Source: a bacterium
GTDB lineage: Bacteria > Electryoneota > AABM5-125-24 > Hatepunaeales > Hatepunaeaceae
DNA length: 64,000 nt
Direction: 5' to 3'
Assembly: GCA_021734165.1 (NCBI GenBank)
Contig: JAIPJL010000005.1
Location: 130 to 64,129 of the forward strand
How positions within the stretch are numbered: the first letter of the stretch is position 1; every line of letters starts with the position of its first letter. Position numbers and translations under genes: made by a program. Below are positions 51,185-59,987 of this stretch, in pieces. The notes below the pieces were generated by a model that was not told where the DNA came from, ran no database searches, and worked only from the letters and a program-made list of their open reading frames with translations.

Positions 51185-52405
51185 ATGACGGAAGAACTAA
51201 AAAATCCTATCACTATCGTTGCAAATAGGGAAATTGCGGAAAATAGCGATGTTCTAGGTCTACTATCGTTAATCCGACCAGAATGGCAAGCGAAGAATCT
51301 CATCCAGCGAGTAATCAACCTACTTCCGGTTGATCCTAGTAGTGCGTGTCAACGCTTATTTAATGCAGCGATTCACGATCTGAAGAAGAAGATACTCGTT
51401 GCAGGAATTGACATTGCTAAGGAAGCGGCGGAAGCAAACAGACTACCACAAGTCAACAGAGCAGAAGATATCGATGATTATAACGTATCTAAAACAATCG
51501 ATTTGGCCTACTATATGGGACTCTTGACAAGGCCTGAATGGCGTAGAATCACTAGAGTATATGACATCAGACGTGACCTTGAACACGAAGACGATGAGTA
51601 TGAGGCAACTATCGAAGACTGTTTCTATATCTTTAAGACATCTATAGAATCTGTGTTGGCTAAAGACCCGGTTGAAGTATTGAGGCTTCTTGACATAAAG
51701 GAAATAGTTGAACAGTCGACTGCAATAACTCTTGATCAAACCCTTAGAGACGAGTACGCTGTCGCTCGAACTGTACGGCAAGTTGAAATTTACAAGTTTC
51801 TTATTTCAACAGCAATTGACAGCAAGCAGCCAGATATTGTACGACAGAACTGTTATATAGCGTTGGGCATCCTGAGTCCCCTGACTAAAGACAACGTGAA
51901 GATCGAGGTTTCTCAAGTATACTCAGACAAAGTCAAAAGAAAGGGTTTAGACACCTTTACAGCGCGTGTTGCGAATACGGCTGGCATTCTTCCTTACTTT
52001 AAAAAGAGCGTTCTCAAGACATACTATTCCAACTTTCTTGCTTATATGAAGAAAGTAGGCTATGATTTCCGCTCCCATGCTAAACATGGGGAATTGTTAC
52101 GAGATTTTAAAGAGTTTGGGGGACTGGATCATTGTCCAAACGATATCATCCCTGACATCGTCGAGTGGCTTGCATTATGCTACATCGGTGAAAAGAGCTT
52201 TGGGCAGTACTCATCGATCCGAAAAGTGTTTTGCTCCAACACAGGAGCACCCCTTGCTAAGGAAATACTTATGGAGTCGAAGTCCCGTATTGGTCCTGTC
52301 TTGCAGCATGTAATTAATTCCAGCAAGATCATTAAAGCTGAATGTAAGTGGCAATATTGTGCCAGACGAGCACAGGATTTACTTGACAATTGCACCGCGG
52401 CTTGA
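51185..52405 (+). CDS. Hypothetical protein with HEPN-like Rx4H motif and helical C terminus
   Basis: Strong RBS aaggagg; IDLAYYMGLL...VYDIRRDLEH (R129-x4-H134). Confidence 0.6.
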   Translation: MTEELKNPITIVANREIAENSDVLGLLSLIRPEWQAKNLIQRVINLLPVDPSSACQRLFNAAIHDLKKKILVAGIDIAKEAAEANRLPQVNRAEDIDDYNVSKTIDLAYYMGLLTRPEWRRITRVYDIRRDLEHEDDEYEATIEDCFYIFKTSIESVLAKDPVEVLRLLDIKEIVEQSTAITLDQTLRDEYAVARTVRQVEIYKFLISTAIDSKQPDIVRQNCYIALGILSPLTKDNVKIEVSQVYSDKVKRKGLDTFTARVANTAGILPYFKKSVLKTYYSNFLAYMKKVGYDFRSHAKHGELLRDFKEFGGLDHCPNDIIPDIVEWLALCYIGEKSFGQYSSIRKVFCSNTGAPLAKEILMESKSRIGPVLQHVINSSKIIKAECKWQYCARRAQDLLDNCTAA

Positions 52406-52428
52406 GCCACAATCCAATAATATAGTGT

Positions 52429-52510
52429 TTAGTATCGTAGCCCGGCTTGCCCTCAAGCCGGGATTAAAATATTGTAATCTGGATTCCAAGATTTGGGAAA
52501 TCCTGGCTAC
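52429..52510 (+). repeat. ~80-bp REPIN-like unit, copy 2
   Basis: ttagtatcgtagcccggcttgccctcaagccgggatt...aatctggattccaagatttgggaaatcctggctac. Confidence 0.85.
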
Positions 52511-52626
52511 TTAACTTATGGTCTCTGAGATGGTTTGTAAAGGAGGGAGAGGCGCCCCGGAGGTTTCAGAGACCAGTAAACAATTTATATAAGTTAAACA
52601 CAAAAGTCAATAAGGGAACTAACAGC

Positions 52627-53127
52627 ATGAAACAATCAATAATCGTAGTACTATTGTTATTAACAGCCATGATTGAAGTAGCAGACGCACAATGGCTTTA
52701 CCAGACAGGCACTGATCCTTTTGACGATTCTGTTACGCACGTTATTTATACAGTGACATTCGATGAAGTTCCCGGGTCGCTGTATGTAAGACGAAAAGGC
52801 TCCATGTTAGAGATATTCATTCTCACGTTATCTACTTATATTGGAACCAACAATTGTGACCTGGTACCTGCAGAGTGGAGGTTCGACAAGAGGGAAAGCA
52901 AATCCCTTTGGTGGTTCCCCTCTACCTGCAAGAAAGGTGCCTTTCTGTATAACGAAGACTACAAGCTCATCTTCTTACAGAACATGAAGGAGTGTAACAC
53001 GCTCATCATAAGATTTACTAAACATGATGGTGGCACGGTAACAATGCGCTTTTCCCTGGCAGGTTTCACAGCAATGTACAATAAGTACATTGGGGAATCT
53101 GTAAAAACCAGCCCTCCATCAGAATGA
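52627..53127 (+). CDS. Small secreted hypothetical protein (weak VasI/TagO-like pattern)
   Basis: Signal peptide ending ADA-Q; WLYQTGTDPFDDS; C-terminal MRFSLAGF. Confidence 0.6.
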   Translation: MKQSIIVVLLLLTAMIEVADAQWLYQTGTDPFDDSVTHVIYTVTFDEVPGSLYVRRKGSMLEIFILTLSTYIGTNNCDLVPAEWRFDKRESKSLWWFPSTCKKGAFLYNEDYKLIFLQNMKECNTLIIRFTKHDGGTVTMRFSLAGFTAMYNKYIGESVKTSPPSE

Positions 53128-53174
53128 TAATTTTGCTGTTTTAACAAGAAGTAAATTTGGGTATAGCAGCTATT

Positions 53175-53254
53175 TTAGTTTCGTAGCCCGGTATGCCCTC
53201 ATGCCGGGATTATGATAGAAATCTGGATACCCGGATTTGGGAAATCCAGACCAC
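53175..53254 (+). repeat. ~80-bp REPIN-like unit, copy 3
   Basis: ttagtttcgtagcccggtatgccctcatgccgggattatgatagaaatctggatacccggatttgggaaatccagaccac. Confidence 0.85.
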
Positions 53255-53476
53255 ATTCTCACCACCGGCTTTCGCTGGTGGCTATTGCACAACGTTCCCG
53301 AGTATAAAAATCTAACTGAACTTGAAAATTACTTGAGATTAGATTCAAGGCAATTTTGGGTAGATCACCATCGAAATGATACAATACATAAGGAGAAATC
53401 ATTGGTTGTTTATTATATTGTGTTAGGTCTTGGGCTTTAGGACGCACTGACAGATAACAATAAAAGAAGAAACCAA

Positions 53477-54388
53477 ATGAAAATACAAACATTTTTCGCA
53501 TCTCTGAGAGCGCCGTTTTTCACTGCGGTGATAATCCCTGTCATACTCGGCAGCGTGCTCGCCTGGCATCATGGTTCGACATTCCACTGGGGGCTCTTTT
53601 TTATCACGCTCTTCGGTGCGATTGCGCTTCATGCGGGAGCTAATACCATCAACGACTACTTTGACCACCTCAGCAATAACGACGCTGTCAACGATGAGTT
53701 CATCCGACCGTTCACGGGTGGCAGCAGGCTGATTCAGAATGGGGATCTGACGCCGAGAGGCATGCTGACGATTTCGATTTCTACCTATATGATCGGCGTC
53801 ATTATCGGGCTGTACCTGACTTATTTAAGAGGCATGACGATATTCTGGATCGGGCTGATCGGAGTGGCTTGCGGGGTGCTGTATGTTGCGCCCGGTATCA
53901 ACCTCGCAAAGCGTGGTTTCGGTGAGTTTGCAATTGCGCTGGCGTTCGGGTTGTGCTGTGTGAGTGGAGCGTATTACGTGCAGGCTCAGACCTTGAGCTT
54001 CGAGGTGATCTTTGCATCGCTGCCGGTAGCTATGCTGATCTTGCTGGTGCTGTTTATAAACCAATTCCCTGATTATAACGCGGACAAGGCGGTGGGAAAA
54101 ACGCACTGGGTGGTCAGGATGGGCAGGAAGAAGGCGTCGGTCAGCTATGCGACGATGATGATTATAACTTATGCTTTGATCATTGCGCTGGCTCTTATTT
54201 ACGGTAAATTCTGGCTGCTGGTCGGGCTGGCAACCGCTCCGATAGCGATCAAAGCGGTGCGGAATGCGCTGGTGAACTACGACGATGTGAAGGAGCTTTT
54301 CCCGTCATGCGCAGGTACGATCATGACTCACATGTTCACGGGGCTGCTGCTGACGTCAGGGTATGTTTTGCAGACGCTGTTAAGCTAA
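53477..54388 (+). CDS. menA: 1,4-dihydroxy-2-naphthoate prenyltransferase (UbiA family)
   Basis: NTINDYFD, FTGGSR, INQFPDYNADKAVGKT, many TMs. Confidence 0.85.
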   Translation: MKIQTFFASLRAPFFTAVIIPVILGSVLAWHHGSTFHWGLFFITLFGAIALHAGANTINDYFDHLSNNDAVNDEFIRPFTGGSRLIQNGDLTPRGMLTISISTYMIGVIIGLYLTYLRGMTIFWIGLIGVACGVLYVAPGINLAKRGFGEFAIALAFGLCCVSGAYYVQAQTLSFEVIFASLPVAMLILLVLFINQFPDYNADKAVGKTHWVVRMGRKKASVSYATMMIITYALIIALALIYGKFWLLVGLATAPIAIKAVRNALVNYDDVKELFPSCAGTIMTHMFTGLLLTSGYVLQTLLS

Positions 54389-54410
54389 TTTCCCAAATCA
54401 AGTTGAAGCT

Positions 54411-54469
54411 AACCACAGAGGCACAAAGACACAAAGAAAAATTCTCTGTGCCTCTGTGTCTCTGTGGTT
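54411..54469. repeat. Inverted ACACAGAG-type repeat element
   Basis: aaccacagaggcacaaagacacaaag ... ctctgtgcctctgtgtctctgtggtt; a left half also occurs at 16206. Confidence 0.8.
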
Positions 54470-54481
54470 TTTGTTTTTAAG

Positions 54482-56926
54482 ATGCCCAATCCCCCTGAAA
54501 TAACACTTGCTGAAGTGCAGTTCGGTGACACTCCGGCGGGAGGTTATACTTACCGTATTCCGGATGAATTGAACATCACATGCGCCGGAATCCGTGTCAG
54601 AGCTCCTTTTGGTATGCAGCGGCGGGTGGGCATACTGACCAGCATCTACAAAGGGCAGGATCGAGCTCACTACCGCAACATTGCCGAACCTATAGACATC
54701 ACACCCCTGATCTCACCTGAGATACTCGAACTTACCAAGTGGATTGCTGAATACTATCTCTGTGAATGGGGGGAGGCATTATCATCAGCCATACCACGCG
54801 GTCTAAAACCGACAGGCAAACGCAAATATATCCTGACCGAGCTTGGATTATCTGAACCCTTCCTATCCGAAGAGACCGGACCAGCAGGACAGCTTTGGCG
54901 TGACCTCCGAAAATCACCGTTGACCTTCGCTCAAATTAACAGACGCTTTCCACGAGGAACCCTTTTAATTGAGAAATTCAAACAGCATGGATGGATTGAG
55001 CAGATAGAAATTGAGGTGCGTCGCTCGGTTCAAAACATGATCACAGAATGGCGCTGGAATGATGAACAGGATTATGCTGATGTATTAGAGAAAATGCCAC
55101 AGCGATCAAAGAAATTAAGGCGCGGTGTCGAGATTCTTAGGGATAATACCGGCAGGATTACCGCCAAAGAACTTAGCGCTATTGAGCCGGGTATGAGCCA
55201 GATCATGACAAATTTGGTGAAGAAAGGCTGGATTTTATCATCTCAGGTTCCCGCGCACATGCTTAGCAGTCTGCAAACCGGAATGGAAGAGACAGCGGTA
55301 AACTCAATTGTTCTTTCAACCGCACAGAAGACTATTGTTGAAAAAATCGAGAAGTCGCTGCAGTCTGGTAAATATCAGTCATTTTTACTACATGGAGTCA
55401 CAGGTTCCGGCAAAACTATCGTATATCTTGAAGCGGTTGCGAAAGCATTGGAACTTGGAGGATCTGCGATAGTGATGGTGCCGGAGATTTCGCTGACGCC
55501 ACAGTTAACCGGACGTTTCAGACGAAAATTCGGATCGGATGTGGTGGTAACGCACAGCGGTCTCTCTGAGGCTGAGAGACGTGAAGCATGGAACCTGGCA
55601 AGAACCGGCAAAGCAAAGGTGATGGTGGGACCTCGTTCGGTGGTGTTTACTCCGCTCGATAATATTAAACTGATCATTGTCGATGAGGAGCACGACGACA
55701 GCTATAAACAGGCGGATCCGGCGCCGAGGTACAACGGCAGGGATGTAGCTCTTTATAGGGGATTCAAATCAGGCGCGACAGTAATTCTCGGATCGGCGAC
55801 GCCTGATATTATAAGTTACAGCAATGCGAGAAGAGATAGATACGAACTGCTCGAATTAAAAGAGCGTCATGGTGAAGGAAACCTGCCGGATGTCTGGGTT
55901 GTCAAATGGAGTCCGAGCGAAAGAGCAGGATGCTTCAGCCCGAAGCTAAAGAAAAGATTAGAGGAAGTCGTTGAGCGCGGTGAGCAGGCTATTCTACTGA
56001 TCAACCGCCGCGGTTTTTCGACGATTATTCGCTGTCCTGAATGCGGAAGTGTTGCCAAATGCCCGAACTGTGACATTACTTTACGCTATCACCGCGACAG
56101 GCAGTTAATAGAATGCCATTATTGCGGGCATAACCAAAAACCGCTTGACACATGTCCAAGTTGTCGAAGCCAGAGACTGATTTACGGAGGTATTGGAACA
56201 CAACGCGTCCAACGGGAGTTAGAATTATATCTGCCGAAGGCGCGTGTGATACGGATGGATCAGGATACTACGCACGGCAAAGGCGCTCATCAGAATATAT
56301 TGGCAGATTTTGCAGTGCATAAGTACGATATACTCCTTGGAACGCAGATGGTTGCCAAGGGGCATGATTTTCCCAACGTAACACTGGTTGGGATACTGCT
56401 CGCTGACATGGAATGGTGGAGATCGGATTTCAGGGCTAATGAACGTGCGTACAGGCTCCTGTCTCAGGCGGCAGGCAGGACGGGACGCGCGGGTGGGGGA
56501 GAGGTTGTTATTCAGGCACTTGAAGCTGAAAATCCTTTGCTGCGCTGGGTTCAGAAGCATGATTATAATGAGTTGTTCAATTCCGAGGTTGATGATCGAA
56601 AAGGTCTGGATTATCCACCTTATAGTAAATTGGTTGCGATATTGCTAAAATCCGAAGATGCTGTTATGGTTGATAAAGCTGCCAATGAGCTTAAAGAAAC
56701 ACTTGATTACAGTCTTGCAGGTTGCAAAATATTAGGACCGGCGCCACCTCAGATTGAACGGCTTGAGAAATTCTATCGACGCAGGTTATTGATTAAAATT
56801 CCCTTGGCAAGTAAAAACTCGGTCAGAACTAAAAACTCTATCAAAGAGATGGTTCAGGAGCTTGAAAAGCAATATCAGAATCGAAAGTTAAGGTTTATAG
56901 TTGACGTTGATCCGGTTGATGTGTAA
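54482..56926 (+). CDS. priA: Primosomal protein N'
   Basis: GVTGSGKT, VPEISLTPQ, DEEH, four CxxC pairs, GTQMVAKGHDFP, DVDP; ATG 54482 chosen because the GTG at 54464 lies in the repeat. Confidence 0.96.
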   Translation: MPNPPEITLAEVQFGDTPAGGYTYRIPDELNITCAGIRVRAPFGMQRRVGILTSIYKGQDRAHYRNIAEPIDITPLISPEILELTKWIAEYYLCEWGEALSSAIPRGLKPTGKRKYILTELGLSEPFLSEETGPAGQLWRDLRKSPLTFAQINRRFPRGTLLIEKFKQHGWIEQIEIEVRRSVQNMITEWRWNDEQDYADVLEKMPQRSKKLRRGVEILRDNTGRITAKELSAIEPGMSQIMTNLVKKGWILSSQVPAHMLSSLQTGMEETAVNSIVLSTAQKTIVEKIEKSLQSGKYQSFLLHGVTGSGKTIVYLEAVAKALELGGSAIVMVPEISLTPQLTGRFRRKFGSDVVVTHSGLSEAERREAWNLARTGKAKVMVGPRSVVFTPLDNIKLIIVDEEHDDSYKQADPAPRYNGRDVALYRGFKSGATVILGSATPDIISYSNARRDRYELLELKERHGEGNLPDVWVVKWSPSERAGCFSPKLKKRLEEVVERGEQAILLINRRGFSTIIRCPECGSVAKCPNCDITLRYHRDRQLIECHYCGHNQKPLDTCPSCRSQRLIYGGIGTQRVQRELELYLPKARVIRMDQDTTHGKGAHQNILADFAVHKYDILLGTQMVAKGHDFPNVTLVGILLADMEWWRSDFRANERAYRLLSQAAGRTGRAGGGEVVIQALEAENPLLRWVQKHDYNELFNSEVDDRKGLDYPPYSKLVAILLKSEDAVMVDKAANELKETLDYSLAGCKILGPAPPQIERLEKFYRRRLLIKIPLASKNSVRTKNSIKEMVQELEKQYQNRKLRFIVDVDPVDV

Positions 56927-57887
56927 ATTAATTAATAAGGATGATTATTTTAGTAAATGCGAAAAAAGACAATTGCGTCTGATTCTTCAAACATTCTTAG
57001 TTTTTCTGCTCTTTATTAGTTCAATAGCAGGCGCTGTTCGTATTAAACCTCAATTCCAATACGATTATATCGGCGCTGATCAGGAGTACATTGACAAGCT
57101 TGATATTGAGTTAAAGCAAAAGCTTAAGTATATTGAAAGCAACCTTGAAACGGAACTTAAAGGATCCGTAAAAGTAATCCTCACGCTTTCTGAGGATGAT
57201 TTTGCAAGGAAGACAAGAGGTGGAGTACCGGGCTGGGCTGGGGGGATTGCTTATCCGCAGCAACAAACCGTAGTACTGAAAACACCTCTTTTCTTCGGGC
57301 AGGGTGTTCCGGTTGAAGTACTCGCTGCGCATGAAGTAACACATGTTCTTATTCATCAGATTATCGGCGATAACTACCTGCCTCGCTGGTTGGAAGAGGG
57401 TTTATGCCAGGTTCTTGCCGGAGAATCAAGAACAGGATCGTTCGGTGCAATGGGACGCGCCGCTGCCGCCAACAGATTAATGGGTCTCCCGCGAGTGGAT
57501 CATGTGCTTGGTTTCTCACGACCTGATGCAAACTTAGCCTATACGGAATCACGCTATGCAACTGCTGCCTTGGTTGACAGATTTGGTTGGCGAGCAATAA
57601 ATGATTTGTTGAGCAGAATTGGTGATGGCACAGAGTTCGAGGAAGCTTTTTTTCTGGCAATCGGTGTTGATTATGAGTTTTGGCAGGTGGAATGGTTAGA
57701 AGACGCTCGCACAAAATACAGTGTCATGGCATTGCTGGAGATGCAGAATTTGATTTGGATTATTATTTTACTCCTGGCAATTCTTGCTATGATTGTTACC
57801 TTTGTTAGACGCAAATTGCAGTTGAGACGATGGACGGAGGAAGAAGAAGATGAGGATGATTACAATGAACCGATTTTTCCGGAATAG
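56901..57887 (+). CDS. Peptidase MA-like metalloprotease with C-terminal TM (true start probably later)
   Basis: AHEVTH...PRWLEEG. Confidence 0.8.
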   Translation: MTLIRLMCKLINKDDYFSKCEKRQLRLILQTFLVFLLFISSIAGAVRIKPQFQYDYIGADQEYIDKLDIELKQKLKYIESNLETELKGSVKVILTLSEDDFARKTRGGVPGWAGGIAYPQQQTVVLKTPLFFGQGVPVEVLAAHEVTHVLIHQIIGDNYLPRWLEEGLCQVLAGESRTGSFGAMGRAAAANRLMGLPRVDHVLGFSRPDANLAYTESRYATAALVDRFGWRAINDLLSRIGDGTEFEEAFFLAIGVDYEFWQVEWLEDARTKYSVMALLEMQNLIWIIILLLAILAMIVTFVRRKLQLRRWTEEEEDEDDYNEPIFPE

Positions 57888-57895
57888 GTTAGATC

Positions 57896-58105
57896 GTTCA
57901 GAGTACAGCCTTCAGGCTGTTGGAACACGCTAAAGAGTCTGTCCGGTAATGCTAAAAGCGCTTGGGGAAGCATCATCCCAGCGAAAGCTGGGATCCAGTA
58001 AACTCTTAATAAATAAATCATTATCTGGATTCCAACTTCCGTTGGAATGATGCGTTGCGAGATTTACGCTATTATTGGACAGACTCTAAAGCGTGAACTC
58101 TGAAC
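57896..58105. repeat. GTTCAGAG...CTCTGAAC REP pair interrupted by a MITE
   Basis: Removing the insert restores gttcagagtacagccttcaggctg..cacgc-taaa-gcgtgaactctgaac. Confidence 0.8.
57935..58086. mobile_element. 152-bp MITE with 16-bp TIR and TAAA target duplication
   Basis: gagtctgtccggtaat / attattggacagactc (14/16); TAAA at 57931-57934 and 58087-58090; internal CATCATCCC..GGAATGATG palindrome pair 57971-58052. Confidence 0.8.
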
Positions 58106-58128
58106 CGGTATTAAGTGAGAAAAAGCAA

Positions 58129-59097
58129 ATGCGATTATTAACAGTACTAACTCTTGTCATTTTTATTTCCGCAGCCGGATTCTGCGCAGGAATTACAAGC
58201 TTTCCTATAACGGTTTCGCTCAACGAAACACGCGCACTTGCCCTCGGAGGAGCTGTGATTACTGAAACAGGTTGGTCACAAGGAGCAATGTTTAATCCAG
58301 CGACTGCTGCTGATGGTGGTCGAAGCTTTAGCGCTTGTTATGCCAACCACCTCGTTGATCAATGGAATGGTGGATTTAATGTATCTTATCCATTATTTGA
58401 AAAATATACCGTTGGCGGGTATCTGACAACTTTCGACCACGGTGAGTTTGACAGAACTAATCTAGATGAGATTCCAACAGAAGAGACATTTGGAGCATCT
58501 GAAAATCTTGCTGCCGTATTTTTTGCTGGTAAGTATAAAGAAAATCTGTCCTATGGTGGTGCATTAAAATTTATATGGGGGGAGATTGATACTGATAAAT
58601 CATCCGGATATGCGGTTGATCTCGGGATTACTTATGATCCCAATTGGGAAAGAGTGAAGTTAGGATTGGCTGTGCGTAATCTTGGAAAACAGATCAGCGC
58701 TTACGGATCGGACACCTATCCTCTTCCAACAGAGACATTAATTGGTTTATCACAAAAACTGAAGTATTTACCATTAACTATAAGTACGGTAATGATACTG
58801 TCACGTGAGGATGAAGGAGACTATAACGGAGATTTTCTACCGGGTTCACCGGGCCTGTCTTTTGGGTTTGGTGGTGAATTTGCTGTTCAGATTAATGTTA
58901 TAAAAGATCCGCTTCAATTAAGATTTGGATATAGAAGCCGAGCTGAAGGCTTACGCGTCGGTTATCATAATGATATGCTTGCAGGCACGAGCTATGGTAT
59001 AGGCATACCTTTGCAAAATTTTAACTTTGATTACACGTTCGTCTTTATGGGGGCTCTCGGCAGCATACATCGTTTTGGTTTGACCGGTAAGTTATAA
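58129..59097 (+). CDS. PorV/PorQ-family outer-membrane barrel
   Basis: Signal peptide; RALALGGA, FNPA, YAVDLG, VRNLG, FDY..F..GALG..HRF; ATG 58129 chosen because the GTG at 58093 lies in the repeat. Confidence 0.8.
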   Translation: MRLLTVLTLVIFISAAGFCAGITSFPITVSLNETRALALGGAVITETGWSQGAMFNPATAADGGRSFSACYANHLVDQWNGGFNVSYPLFEKYTVGGYLTTFDHGEFDRTNLDEIPTEETFGASENLAAVFFAGKYKENLSYGGALKFIWGEIDTDKSSGYAVDLGITYDPNWERVKLGLAVRNLGKQISAYGSDTYPLPTETLIGLSQKLKYLPLTISTVMILSREDEGDYNGDFLPGSPGLSFGFGGEFAVQINVIKDPLQLRFGYRSRAEGLRVGYHNDMLAGTSYGIGIPLQNFNFDYTFVFMGALGSIHRFGLTGKL

Positions 59098-59193
59098 AGT
59101 TGAGTGATCACCTCTGAACGACTTGCATTTTAGAGGTTTACAATATACATTAATCCAACATACCGTATTTCGGTCATAAACTTGGACTTATAA

Positions 59194-59952
59194 ATGAGAT
59201 GCCAACATTGTAGAACTAACGTTACGAAAATACCTATTAACTGGAAATGTCCCAGTTGCGGTGAACAGCTGCCCGAACCAGGCAAGTGGTTTTATTTTAG
59301 TGAGCATCTTATTGAGTATCTCCCTGAAAAAGGTGTGATATTCTGGACTGTCTGGTTTGCTATTATAATGATTCTAACGGGCGTGGCAGAGCTTGTACTC
59401 GGTAGAGGCTATTTGCTTAGTTACTTGGGTGGCAGTTTGTTAATGTCTCTTGTTTTTTTGTTTTTTGGTGGTATGTTGATAGATATGGTAATGAAAATAA
59501 ATCTGCCGATACGCATGCCTTACGGTACTGACTACATTCTTAAAGAACGAGCTGTAATTCGCAATTTCAGGAAAGCAACCAATCTGGCGCTGATAATTGG
59601 CATCATTTATTCTCTTTACTGGTTGAAACCTCGTATATTTTTTCTTTATTTTCCTGCCTATCTCGTTACCATAAGCTGGTTTCTTGTACTTGCTTGGTCG
59701 ATTCTTGGTCTATTCCTTGATCCTCGCATGACTGAAGATGTCCGCTTCCGCTTTTATATGGACAGGCTTGGCATCACAAGCCTTAAACAATACCGAAAAC
59801 TGGGGACGGCGTTTATTGCTGTTCTTGTTCTCATTGCCATTGGTTACCACATACTGATTTCCGTTCCAGGTTTATGGAAAGAGATTAGTAATACAACTTC
59901 TTTTGGCACATTTATAAGATTTATGAAAGAGTACTTTGCTTGGTTGTTTTAG
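59194..59952 (+). CDS. Hypothetical membrane protein with N-terminal Zn ribbon
   Basis: CQHC...CPSC followed by about five hydrophobic segments. Confidence 0.7.
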   Translation: MRCQHCRTNVTKIPINWKCPSCGEQLPEPGKWFYFSEHLIEYLPEKGVIFWTVWFAIIMILTGVAELVLGRGYLLSYLGGSLLMSLVFLFFGGMLIDMVMKINLPIRMPYGTDYILKERAVIRNFRKATNLALIIGIIYSLYWLKPRIFFLYFPAYLVTISWFLVLAWSILGLFLDPRMTEDVRFRFYMDRLGITSLKQYRKLGTAFIAVLVLIAIGYHILISVPGLWKEISNTTSFGTFIRFMKEYFAWLF

Positions 59953-59953
59953 T

Positions 59954-59985
59954 AAGTGTGAAAGTGTGAAAGTATGAAAGTTAAA
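59954..59985. repeat. Degenerate 8-bp tandem repeat
   Basis: aagtgtga aagtgtga aagtatga aagttaaa. Confidence 0.7.
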
Positions 59986-59987
59986 AG

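Noticed and set aside
51095-53254. CRISPR array or integron attC array
   Set aside because: Units are ~80 bp, separated by whole genes, and one is inverted. No cas or intI gene is present and there are no clear RYYYAAC/GTTRRRY box pairs.
53237-53440. 67-aa ORF upstream of menA
   Set aside because: Starts inside REPIN copy 3, has no RBS and no recognisable motif.
54398-54670. - strand ORF containing NHRDTEAQR
   Set aside because: That peptide is the translation of the ACACAGAG repeat; the rest is antisense to priA.
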